Source: Candidatus Marinacidobacterales bacterium (GTDB lineage Bacteria > Acidobacteriota > Vicinamibacteria > Marinacidobacterales > DATDRI01). Taken from it: 64,000 nt of DNA. Below the pieces are notes generated by a model. It was not told the origin of the DNA. It saw nothing but the letters and a program-made list of their open reading frames with translations, and searched no databases. Made by a program: the position numbers and the translations under genes. Below are positions 19,567 through 28,672 of the stretch, piece after piece (position 1 is the stretch's first letter; each line of letters starts with the position of its first letter). Where the stretch lies: contig OZ245365.1 in assembly GCA_965226495.1 (NCBI GenBank), positions 3,520,001 through 3,584,000 on the forward strand, given 5' to 3'.

Positions 19567-19968
19567 TTGACAACTACCAATAAGCTTCAATACTACGGAA
19601 CCGGGAAGAGGAAAACATCCGTAGCCCGAGTTTTTCTGCGCCCAGGCAAAGGACAAATTCAGGTCAACGGACGTCCTCTCGAAGACTACTTCCCCAGCGA
19701 CACTCACAAGATGGTCGTCAAGCAGCCGCTTCAGCTCACGGAGTCGTCGGACAAGTTCGACGTTCACGCCAAGCTTCGCGGCGGAGGACTCACTGGCCAG
19801 GCCTGGGCGTTGCGGCTCGGCATGAGCCGCGCGTTGTGCGACTTCAACCAGGAGCTCCGAGGGAAGCTGAAGGCGGCAGGGTTTCTCACGCGGGACGCGC
19901 GTATCAAGGAGCGCAAAAAGTATGGCCAGCCGGGTGCCCGCAAGCGGTTTCAGTATTCCAAGCGTTAG
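19567..19968 (+). CDS. rpsI: 30S ribosomal protein S9
   Basis: [31 protein letters not shown]. Confidence 0.98.
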   Translation: MTTTNKLQYYGTGKRKTSVARVFLRPGKGQIQVNGRPLEDYFPSDTHKMVVKQPLQLTESSDKFDVHAKLRGGGLTGQAWALRLGMSRALCDFNQELRGKLKAAGFLTRDARIKERKKYGQPGARKRFQYSKR

Positions 19969-19979
19969 GGAGGATCTTT

Positions 19980-20810
19980 TTGGCGTCAACTTCGATAACG
20001 ATGAAAGAGCTTCTGGAGGCAGGGGTTCACTTCGGTCATCAGACGAAGAGGTGGAACCCGAAAATGAAGGAATTCATCTTCGGGGAACGAAACGGAATCT
20101 ATATCGTCGATCTTCAAAAGACACTCAAGCTCTTTAGAGAAGCCCTGAAGGTCGCCACGCAGCTCGGTGCCGAAGGCAAGACGGTCCTGTTTGTGGGCAC
20201 CAAACGCCAGGCTCAGGTCGTCGTCGCCGAAGAGGCCGCCCGCGCCGAAATGTATTACGTCAACCAGCGCTGGCTGGGCGGACTCCTCACGAATTTCTTC
20301 ACCGTCAAGAAGAGCATCGCACGGCTGCGAGAACTGAACGCGATGGCCACCGAGGGCCGATTCGACGAGCTGTCGAAGAAAGAGGTTTCCCGTCTAGAGA
20401 AGGAACGGAGACGGCTGGAGAAGAATCTGCGCGGAATCCAACATATGGACCGGCTGCCGGACGCGGTGTTCGTGATCGACTCGAACCGCGAGGCCATTGC
20501 AGTCCACGAAGCCCGTAAGCTCGGGATTCCCGTGATCGCCATCGTCGACACCAATTGCGACCCGGAGCAAGTCGACCACGTGATCCCGGGGAACGACGAT
20601 GCGCTCCGCGCTATCAAGCTTTTCACTTCGCGGTTGGCCGATGCCATCATCGATGGCCGCCAGATGCGGGAAAGCCTCCCGCCCCTCCCATCTAAGGAAG
20701 GAACCGGCGAAGACGTCGAGCCCGCCGAAAACAAAGGGACCGCCGAAGCGGGGGCGACCGCGGGAGCAGGATCGCAACAGCCCGCTCAAGTACTTCCTCC
20801 CCCCGCCTAG
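19980..20810 (+). CDS. rpsB: 30S ribosomal protein S2
   Basis: [36 protein letters not shown]; TTG start after GGGAGG (alternative ATG at 20001). Confidence 0.97.
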   Translation: MASTSITMKELLEAGVHFGHQTKRWNPKMKEFIFGERNGIYIVDLQKTLKLFREALKVATQLGAEGKTVLFVGTKRQAQVVVAEEAARAEMYYVNQRWLGGLLTNFFTVKKSIARLRELNAMATEGRFDELSKKEVSRLEKERRRLEKNLRGIQHMDRLPDAVFVIDSNREAIAVHEARKLGIPVIAIVDTNCDPEQVDHVIPGNDDALRAIKLFTSRLADAIIDGRQMRESLPPLPSKEGTGEDVEPAENKGTAEAGATAGAGSQQPAQVLPPPA

Positions 20811-21058
20811 ACAACAACCCCTGTTCGCCGACAGTTCATCATCCCTGAAAGGGGCACTTTCCCCGCAGGGGGCATCCGGTTTACGGAATTGCTCCGAACC
20901 GAAGTGGTCATGCACCAACTGGAGGCGGCCAGCCGGCGGTTTGGAGCGCTGCCCCAGCCTGCGACTACTTTCTGCTTCAGCCTGGGCACACTTCATGGGA
21001 TGATGAGCGCCGGCGAGCGCTAGAATCACCCGTCATTGGGAGAAAGCAGGCCAGAGAA

Positions 21059-21667
21059 TTGAGCAACGTAACCGCTTCCGAAGTAAAAAACCTAAGGGAA
21101 AAGACCGGCGCCGGTCTCATGGAGTGCAAGAAGGCGTTGGTAGAGGCCGACGGTGATGTGGACCAAGCGGTCACCATCCTCCGTAAGCGAGGTCAGGCAG
21201 CCGCCGAAAAAAAGGCCGGCCGCACAACTTCAGAGGGGCTCATCGGCTCCTACGTTCACGGAGGCAAGATCGGGGTTCTCATCGAGGTTAATTGCGAGAC
21301 GGACTTCGTCGCCAAGACTCCCGAGTTCCAAGAGTTGGTCAAGGACTTGGCGATGCAAGTTGCCGCGGCTAGCCCGGCCCCCGCACGGTTCGTGAGTCGT
21401 GAAGAAGTTCCCGAAGAGGTCCTGGTTAAAGAACGTGAGATTTTGAAGAGCCAGGCAGAAGCCTCGGGCAAACCACCCAACGTAGTGGACAAAATCGTCG
21501 AGGGCAAACTGGGCAAGTTCTACTCGGAGGCGGTTTTTTTGGAGCAGCCGTTTATCAAGAACCCGGACGCGACGGTTAAACAACACATCTCGTCGATGAT
21601 CGCGATGCTCAAAGAAAACATCCAGGTGCGCCGCTTCGAACGGTTCGAGCGCGGCGAGCCTGTTTAA
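21059..21667 (+). CDS. tsf: Elongation factor Ts (short form)
   Basis: [27 protein letters not shown]. Confidence 0.97.
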   Translation: MSNVTASEVKNLREKTGAGLMECKKALVEADGDVDQAVTILRKRGQAAAEKKAGRTTSEGLIGSYVHGGKIGVLIEVNCETDFVAKTPEFQELVKDLAMQVAAASPAPARFVSREEVPEEVLVKEREILKSQAEASGKPPNVVDKIVEGKLGKFYSEAVFLEQPFIKNPDATVKQHISSMIAMLKENIQVRRFERFERGEPV

Positions 21668-21738
21668 AATGGACTGGGAAACGACTCGCCCGCGGGGCGG
21701 GAGCTCTTACCGAAGACGTCAATCGAGCAGACACGGAG

Positions 21739-22461
21739 ATGCCGACTAAAAAGCCGGTCTACAAACGCATTCTGGTCAAGCTCTCCGGCGAAGCCTTGAT
21801 GGGCGGGCAAACCTTCGGCATCGATCCGCAGATGTTCCAGATGATGGCGCGGGAGATCCAAGAAGTGCAGGCCTTGGGAGTGGAGATTTCGGCGGTGATC
21901 GGCGGTGGAAACATCTTCCGCGGAATGGCACCTTCCGCTCGCGGGATGGATCGGGTCTCCGCCGATCACATGGGGATGTTGGCGACCGTTATCAATGCCC
22001 TCGCCCTCCAAGACGCCCTCGAGAAACTGGGCACGCACACCCGTGTCCTGTCGGCCATCGAAATGCGTGCAGTCGCCGAGCCTTTCATTCGCCGGCGGGC
22101 CATTAGGCATCTAGAGAAGGGCCGCGTCGTGATCTTCGCGGCCGGCACGGGAAACCCTTACTTCTCCACCGACACCGCTGCCGCGCTGCGCGCCATGGAA
22201 ATAAAGGCGGACATCATCCTTAAGGGTACGAAGGTCTCCGGAATCTACTCGGCCGATCCCGAGAAAGACACAAACGCGACGCGGTTCGATACCATCACCT
22301 ACCTCGAGGTCATCGAGAAAGGCCTCAAAGTAATGGACACTACCGCCATATCTTTATGTATGGATAACCGACTCCCGCTGATCGTGTTCGATGTACGGGA
22401 GCCGGGCAACATGAAGCGGGTCGTCTGCGGCGACAAGCTCGGCACAATGGTCCGCAGCTGA
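21739..22461 (+). CDS. pyrH: UMP kinase
   Basis: [32 protein letters not shown]. Confidence 0.98.
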   Translation: MPTKKPVYKRILVKLSGEALMGGQTFGIDPQMFQMMAREIQEVQALGVEISAVIGGGNIFRGMAPSARGMDRVSADHMGMLATVINALALQDALEKLGTHTRVLSAIEMRAVAEPFIRRRAIRHLEKGRVVIFAAGTGNPYFSTDTAAALRAMEIKADIILKGTKVSGIYSADPEKDTNATRFDTITYLEVIEKGLKVMDTTAISLCMDNRLPLIVFDVREPGNMKRVVCGDKLGTMVRS

Positions 22462-22506
22462 GCACGAAAGAACGGCTCCGCAGGCTCTCCCAGGGAGGTC
22501 AGGGCC

Positions 22507-23064
22507 ATGTCAAAGACAATCATCGATGACGCAAAACGGCGCATGGACTCATCGCTCGAAGTGCTCAAGAAAGAACTGGTGGCGATTCGAACCGGCCGTG
22601 CCTCTCTTGCCATCTTGGATGGTGTCACGGTCGACTACTACGGAACCGAGACCCCTCTGAGTCAGGTGGCAAATCTTGCGGTTCCAGAAGGGAACCTGAT
22701 TACGGTGCAGCCGTGGGAGCCAGCGCTGCTGTCTGAGATCGAAAAAGCCATTTTGTCTTCCGAGCTCGATCTCAACCCGGCCAACGATGGCAAGCTCCTC
22801 CGGATTCCCATCCCTCCTCTCACAGAGGAACGGCGCAAGCTCCTGGTGAAGCACGTCAGCAAGGTAGCCGAAGAGAGCCGGACCGCCATCCGACAAGTGC
22901 GTCGGGATGCCAACGATCACTTGAAGGCGCGCCTCAAGGAAAAGGAGCTCTCGGAAGACGACGAGAAGCGTGCACTAAAGCAAGTACAGGACCTTACAGA
23001 CCAGCACATCAAGTTCGTCGATGAGCTCGCAAAGAAGAAGGAAGAAGAGCTCTTGACGATATAG
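22507..23064 (+). CDS. frr: Ribosome recycling factor
   Basis: IRTGRAS, VDYYG, PPLTEERRK. Confidence 0.97.
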   Translation: MSKTIIDDAKRRMDSSLEVLKKELVAIRTGRASLAILDGVTVDYYGTETPLSQVANLAVPEGNLITVQPWEPALLSEIEKAILSSELDLNPANDGKLLRIPIPPLTEERRKLLVKHVSKVAEESRTAIRQVRRDANDHLKARLKEKELSEDDEKRALKQVQDLTDQHIKFVDELAKKKEEELLTI

Positions 23065-23113
23065 GAACGACGCGCCAAGAATCCTTTCCACAAAAAAACC
23101 GTTCGTTCTCGAC

Positions 23114-24301
23114 ATGCCCCAATCCCTATTCACACACTTGGAATGCGCTCGATGCCACCGAGAGCTCGATGGCGGGAAGCCGCACGGGCTGTGCTCCTGC
23201 GGCTCTCCCCTGCTGGCGCGCTACGACCTCGACCAGGGCCGCAACATTATCGGTGACCCTGCCGTTTTGCGAGACAGACGCCGCGACTTGTGGCGCTATG
23301 AGGAGATGTTACCCGTCCGCGAGCCGAGGTTTCGCGCCGCCCTCGGCGAGGGAGGAACGCCGCTCACCCTGGCTTCTCGCCTCGGCGAACGGCTGGGGAT
23401 GTCGCGACTTCTCATCAAGGACGAGTCGCTGAACCCGACCGGGAGTTTCAAGGCACGCGGGCTTTCGCTGGCGGTGTCGATGGCCAAACAGTTGGGCGTC
23501 AAAGAGCTCGCCATTCCAACGGCTGGAAACGCTGGAGGAGCACTTGCCGCCTACGCCGCCAGAGTGGGACTCCCCGCGCACATCGTGATGCCTCGTGACG
23601 TTCCACGGGCCAATGCGGTGGAATGTGAAGCCTATGGCGCCGACGTCCGTTACGTTGAGGGACTGATCACCGACGCTGGGCGATTGGTCGGTGAGCTCTC
23701 GGCGGAATATGGATGGTTCGACGTATCCACTCTCAAGGAGCCCTATCGAATCGAAGGTAAGAAGACTATGGGCTACGAGCTCTTCGAACAGCTCGAGGGA
23801 CGACTCCCGGACGTCATCTTCTACCCAACTGGCGGCGGCACTGGCATGGTGGGCATGTGGAAAGCGTTCGACGAGATGCAACACCTCGGTTGGATCGACG
23901 ATCGCCGACCGCGGATGGTTACCGTCCAATCCACTGGTTGCGCCCCCATCGTGCGTGCCTTCGAGGAAGGAACAGAGACTGCCGAGATGTGGGAGAACGC
24001 ACAAACGATCGCTGCCGGTCTCCGCGTACCGAAAGCGATCGGCGACTTCCTCATCCTCCGCGCCATTAGAGAAAGCGGCGGCACAGCCGTGGCGGTTTCC
24101 GACGAGGCCATCCGCAAAGCAGTATCGACCATTGCGGCGAGGGAGGGCATCTTCGCCGCCCCCGAAGGAGCGGCGTGTCTCGTGGCGATGGAAAGACTAC
24201 TAGAACAGGGCTGGCTTGACCGAGGGGAAACGGTCGTACTTTTTAACACTGGCTCGGGCTTGAAATATACCGAGGCCCTCTCCATCAACTCTGCCGCATG
24301 A
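23114..24301 (+). CDS. thrC: Threonine synthase-like PLP enzyme (fold II)
   Basis: LGEGGTP, NPTGSFKARG (PLP Lys), EGKKTMGYE, NTGSGLKY; N-terminal Cys-rich ribbon. Confidence 0.82.
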   Translation: MPQSLFTHLECARCHRELDGGKPHGLCSCGSPLLARYDLDQGRNIIGDPAVLRDRRRDLWRYEEMLPVREPRFRAALGEGGTPLTLASRLGERLGMSRLLIKDESLNPTGSFKARGLSLAVSMAKQLGVKELAIPTAGNAGGALAAYAARVGLPAHIVMPRDVPRANAVECEAYGADVRYVEGLITDAGRLVGELSAEYGWFDVSTLKEPYRIEGKKTMGYELFEQLEGRLPDVIFYPTGGGTGMVGMWKAFDEMQHLGWIDDRRPRMVTVQSTGCAPIVRAFEEGTETAEMWENAQTIAAGLRVPKAIGDFLILRAIRESGGTAVAVSDEAIRKAVSTIAAREGIFAAPEGAACLVAMERLLEQGWLDRGETVVLFNTGSGLKYTEALSINSAA

Positions 24302-25494
24302 CCCGGAAGCTCTATCTCGACGACCCTTATCGGCTGTCTTTCGACGGCCACATTGTGCAACGAGAGGAAACGTCAGACGGTTTCGCAGTGGTCTTGGACG
24401 AAACATACTTCTATCCCGAGTCCGGAGGCCAACCATACGATCTCGGAACCATCGACGGCATTCCGCTCCGTCGAATCGTAGAACGCGGAGAAGAAGTGCT
24501 CCACGTTCTCGCTCGGATGCCGGAGAAAGACCGTGTCAGTTGTGTTGTCGACGGAGCGCGGCGACATGAGCACATGCAGCAGCACAGTGGCCAGCACATT
24601 CTTTCCGCCGCCTTCATCAAGGAAGCAAACGCCCAGACTCTCTCGTTTCATCTAGGGAGCTCAACGAGCACCATCGATTTGGACGCGACGTCACTCTCTC
24701 CGAAAGCTTTGTCCGCCGCCGAGCACGAAGCGAACCGCGCGGTGCGCGAGGCGGCTCCCATCCGAGGCTACTTCGTGAAACCCGAAGAAGCATCGCGACT
24801 CAAGCTCCGTAAGGCGCCCGAGGTGGAAGGGACCCTCCGCATCGTGGAGGTCGAGGGTTTCGATCTCCAGGCGTGTTGCGGCACCCACCCCAGAAATACC
24901 TCCGAAGTCGGACCCATCCTGATCCGCAGTGCGGAACGTTTCAAGAAAGGCACGCGTGTGGAGTTCGTTTGCGGCGACCGTGCGCTAAGAGACTACCGAG
25001 GCACGATGGAGAAAATCCGTGCGCTCTCCCAGCTCTTCGCTGCTCCCGAGGACAAGTTGGTAGAAGCGGCGGAGAAACTCTCCGAAGAGAAAAACACCTT
25101 ACGCAAGACTCTCCAAGCGCTCCGTGAAGAGTTGATCCAACACAAGGCGTTTCGTATGGCCGCGGACGCACCGGCAGCCGATGGTGCTACGATCTTCCTT
25201 CAGCGAGTCGGCGATGTCACCCCCGCGGAGTTGAGATTACTCGCCAACTGTCTCACCAATGAGCCCGGGCGGATTGCGTGCCTCGGCTGTGTGGCCGACG
25301 AACGGGCTCATTTGGTCTTCGGCCGTTCTAGCGAACTGACACTCGACATGGCCGCCTTGCTTCGCGAATGTCTCGACCCGGTAGCAGGTAAAGGAGGAGG
25401 CTCCCCTCAGATGGCCCAGGGCGGCGGACCTAACACCTCCGGCCTAGACGTAGCGCTCGCGATGGCCCGGCGGTTTTTAGAAGAGCGAGAGTAG
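24298..25494 (+). CDS. Alanyl-tRNA editing protein (AlaX-L type) with DHHA1 domain
   Basis: FYPESGGQPYDLG, HMQQHSGQHIL, CCGTH Zn motifs, KGGGSPQMAQGGG. Confidence 0.88.
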   Translation: MTRKLYLDDPYRLSFDGHIVQREETSDGFAVVLDETYFYPESGGQPYDLGTIDGIPLRRIVERGEEVLHVLARMPEKDRVSCVVDGARRHEHMQQHSGQHILSAAFIKEANAQTLSFHLGSSTSTIDLDATSLSPKALSAAEHEANRAVREAAPIRGYFVKPEEASRLKLRKAPEVEGTLRIVEVEGFDLQACCGTHPRNTSEVGPILIRSAERFKKGTRVEFVCGDRALRDYRGTMEKIRALSQLFAAPEDKLVEAAEKLSEEKNTLRKTLQALREELIQHKAFRMAADAPAADGATIFLQRVGDVTPAELRLLANCLTNEPGRIACLGCVADERAHLVFGRSSELTLDMAALLRECLDPVAGKGGGSPQMAQGGGPNTSGLDVALAMARRFLEERE

Positions 25495-25589
25495 GACATC
25501 GCGTTAGGCGGTGGCCGGCCCCCTACCTTAGGCCATCGCGCTGAGCACCATTTCTGGTACATTAGCGCCGACGTCGAGGAAGAGGTCAT

Positions 25590-26612
25590 ATGCGGATCCT
25601 ACTAAGAGGTTGGGTTACGTCGATATTAGCGGCAATCTGCGTGGCGGGGTGCGTTCAAAGCGAACCAGAAGGTTCCAGCACCTCGCCTTCCGGGGAGGGG
25701 AAGTTCCTGAGCATAGGTACCGCCCCTCCCGGGGGAGCGTTCTTCGTTGTCGGCGGCGCAATCGGTGAGGTTCTCAACGAGCATCGCGGCCCGAACAACT
25801 GGGATGTGACCGCGGAGGCCACGAAAGGTTCACAAGAGAACATCCGTCGCCTTGCGACTGGCGAGCTTGAGCTCGGCTTGGCGAACTCCGCCATTACGTA
25901 TTTCGCCGTCCGCGGTGAAAGAGGCTGGGAAAAGACCTACGATATGCGCACGGTGATGACTTTGGCTTCGAACGTCGCGCTGTTTGTCACTCCTGTCGAC
26001 TCCGGAGTACGCGAGATTTCCGACTTCAAGGGAAAGCGGATCGTTGTCGGCGTAGCGGGGGCTGGCTTCGAATACTTCGTGGGACCTCTTCTAGCGGCTC
26101 ACGGTGTGACCTATGAGGACTTCAGTGCGCTCCACAACACACAAATCGGCGCAGTCGACATGCTTAGCGACGGCGCAGCAGCGGCCGCATTCCTCGGCGG
26201 CGCCGTGCCCACCGCCTCCATCACTCAAGCCTCAACGTCTCGGGACGTCCTCTTCATTCCTTACTCGGATGAAGCGAAAAAAGAGCTCGTCCGAACATAT
26301 CCATTCTTCCGTCCGGCCACGATTCCGGCCGGCACCTACCCCGGCCAGGACGAAGACTTCGACGGACTGGACGTTGGCTCCATGCACTTAATCACGAGCT
26401 CTGCCGCGGACGCAGAGTTGATCTACCAACTCACGCGCACGATTTATGAGAATCGAGACGGCGTTACCGAAAAGCACGCCGCCGGCCGGGCCATCACTCC
26501 CGGGAATGTGATTCGCGACACGGGAACGCCCTTTCACGCGGGAGCGATCAGGTACTACGAGGAGATCGGCATTTGGACCGCGGGCGTCGTTAAGAACTCC
26601 GGAAGCCCTTAA
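25590..26612 (+). CDS. TAXI family TRAP transporter solute-binding lipoprotein
   Basis: Lipobox VAG-C, IGTAPPGGAFF, TKGSQENI, PFHAGAIRYYEEIG. Confidence 0.92.
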   Translation: MRILLRGWVTSILAAICVAGCVQSEPEGSSTSPSGEGKFLSIGTAPPGGAFFVVGGAIGEVLNEHRGPNNWDVTAEATKGSQENIRRLATGELELGLANSAITYFAVRGERGWEKTYDMRTVMTLASNVALFVTPVDSGVREISDFKGKRIVVGVAGAGFEYFVGPLLAAHGVTYEDFSALHNTQIGAVDMLSDGAAAAAFLGGAVPTASITQASTSRDVLFIPYSDEAKKELVRTYPFFRPATIPAGTYPGQDEDFDGLDVGSMHLITSSAADAELIYQLTRTIYENRDGVTEKHAAGRAITPGNVIRDTGTPFHAGAIRYYEEIGIWTAGVVKNSGSP

Positions 26613-26625
26613 ACCACCCTCCTAA

Positions 26626-28581
26626 ATGTCGGCCCGGGCACGCGAAACGGTCATGCGTGTGCTCGCGTTCCTCCTCTGCGTTTTCACTCTGGCGGAAGTG
26701 AACTATCCCCGGCTTTCCCCGCAGTCGCAGTTGGCGATCTTCGCGATGCTGGGGATCGTCTGGGGTTTCCTGGCGTCGCCGATGGCCCCGCGGTGGAGCG
26801 GGACTCGGTTTTCCACCGCGGTCGACATCCTTGCCTCCTTAGCTACCACGGCCACCTGCCTCTACATCGTCGTGCAAACGGAGCCCTGGCTCCAGTCCTT
26901 CTGGTTGGACGAGCGCTCTCTGGGCGATCGCGCAGGAGCCGAGACCGCTACCGACGTCTTCATCGGGCTCGTCGGCGTCCTGCTCGTACTCGAGGCGACA
27001 CGGCGCTCCCTCGGTGTCGCACTGCCGATGCTGGCGTCGCTCTTTTTGGGGTACGCGTATTTCGGAGCTTATTTCCCGGACTGGCTCTTCCCACACCGCG
27101 GCTATTCCGCGGAGCGAATCGTCGCCCAGACGTTCCTTCATAGCCAGGGGGTCTTCGGCACCGCGCTCAAGGTGATGTTCACGTATGTTTTTCTCTTCGT
27201 TCTCTTCGGCGCCCTGCTCGAAGTGACCGGGGCGACACAGTTCATCATTGACTACGCGCAACGGATCTTTCGAGGCTCCCGGGGCGGCGCCGCCAAGGTC
27301 GCGGTCCTCGCCAGCGGACTGATGGGCTCGCTCTCTGGCAGTGCGGTCGCGAACGCGGCGACGACCGGAACCTTCACCATTCCCCTCATGCGAAGCTCAG
27401 GCTTCCGGCCCCACATCGCAGCGGGAGTGACCGCGGCGGCGAGCGCGGGCGGTGCGCTCGTTCCTCCGGTTATGGGTGCCGGTGCCTACATGATGCTCGA
27501 GATCATCGATCCTCCGGTCACCTATCTCCAGATCGTTCGCGCCGCGGTGATACCAGCGTTCCTGTTTTACTTGGCGCTCTTTCTTATCGTTCATTTCTAC
27601 GCACATCGCGTTGGCACGACCGAGCAAGTTGACACACCGCGTGGTCGCGGCAGTAACAACCGATTCGAGGGCTTCGTCTTCGTCAGCGCACTGGGGTCTT
27701 TGATCTTCTTCTTGCTCGCTGGCTACACCGTCTTTCGCGCCGTCACCCTTGCTCTCGGGGTGGTCTTCATCACCAGCTTCTTCCATCCTCGCACACGAAT
27801 CGGCCTTAAGCGCGCCGCCGACGCGATGGAAAGGGCCGCTCGTGGTGGCATTTCGCTCATCGCCGCTTCAGCGTGCGTCGGGATCATTCTCGGCGTCGTA
27901 ACGCTCACCGGCATTGGAACCAAGTTCCCGTCCTTGATCTTGCAGATGGCCGGCGATAGCCTCCCCCTCGCGTTGGTTTTGATTATGGTCGGCTCCATCG
28001 TCCTGGGCATGGGCCTGCCATCAGCCGTCTGTTATCTGCTCATGGCGACCCTCATTGGGTCGGTTCTCAACCAGTTGGAAGTTGTGCCACTCGCGGCGCA
28101 CCTTTTCATCTTCTATTTCGGAATGATGTCGATGGTGACGCCGCCGGTCGCGCTGGCGGCCTATACCACCGCTTCCATTGCCGGCGCCGGGATCATGCCG
28201 TCCGCTTTCGCTGCCTTCCGGTTCGCCCTCGTGGGCTTCACGCTTCCCTTCATGTTCGTGTTTCGGCCGGAGCTTTTGTTCATGACACCGAGCGGCGACA
28301 CCCCGGGATTAACAAGTGTGGGGATCGCGGTGACGATGGCCATTCTGGGAATCATACCTCTCGCTGCGGGCATCGCCGGCTACCTCTGGACACCCCTTTC
28401 CATTGCCACGCGAGGCGGCTTGCTACTGGCATCGGGGTTCCTCCTCTACCCCGGTCAGGACAATTTGTTGGGATTGGGCCTATCGGTGCTCAATGTTGTG
28501 GGCGCGACTCTACTGGGTATACTCGTTTTCACTCAGTGGGCTCGACGGCCGCAGCGCGGTCGGGCCGACGAGAATGGCTAG
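26626..28581 (+). CDS. TRAP transporter fused 4TM/12TM permease
   Basis: GGAAKVAV, SGSAVAN, PPVMGAGAY, LGMGLP, VTPPVALAAY. Confidence 0.93.
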   Translation: MSARARETVMRVLAFLLCVFTLAEVNYPRLSPQSQLAIFAMLGIVWGFLASPMAPRWSGTRFSTAVDILASLATTATCLYIVVQTEPWLQSFWLDERSLGDRAGAETATDVFIGLVGVLLVLEATRRSLGVALPMLASLFLGYAYFGAYFPDWLFPHRGYSAERIVAQTFLHSQGVFGTALKVMFTYVFLFVLFGALLEVTGATQFIIDYAQRIFRGSRGGAAKVAVLASGLMGSLSGSAVANAATTGTFTIPLMRSSGFRPHIAAGVTAAASAGGALVPPVMGAGAYMMLEIIDPPVTYLQIVRAAVIPAFLFYLALFLIVHFYAHRVGTTEQVDTPRGRGSNNRFEGFVFVSALGSLIFFLLAGYTVFRAVTLALGVVFITSFFHPRTRIGLKRAADAMERAARGGISLIAASACVGIILGVVTLTGIGTKFPSLILQMAGDSLPLALVLIMVGSIVLGMGLPSAVCYLLMATLIGSVLNQLEVVPLAAHLFIFYFGMMSMVTPPVALAAYTTASIAGAGIMPSAFAAFRFALVGFTLPFMFVFRPELLFMTPSGDTPGLTSVGIAVTMAILGIIPLAAGIAGYLWTPLSIATRGGLLLASGFLLYPGQDNLLGLGLSVLNVVGATLLGILVFTQWARRPQRGRADENG

Positions 28582-28672
28582 AATAGGGCCACTGCCGTCT
28601 GACGATGTCGGGTAATGGCACCGCCCTGTTTTGGGGGCCTAACAACAAACTCATCAGGAGCCCGTAAAGGTA

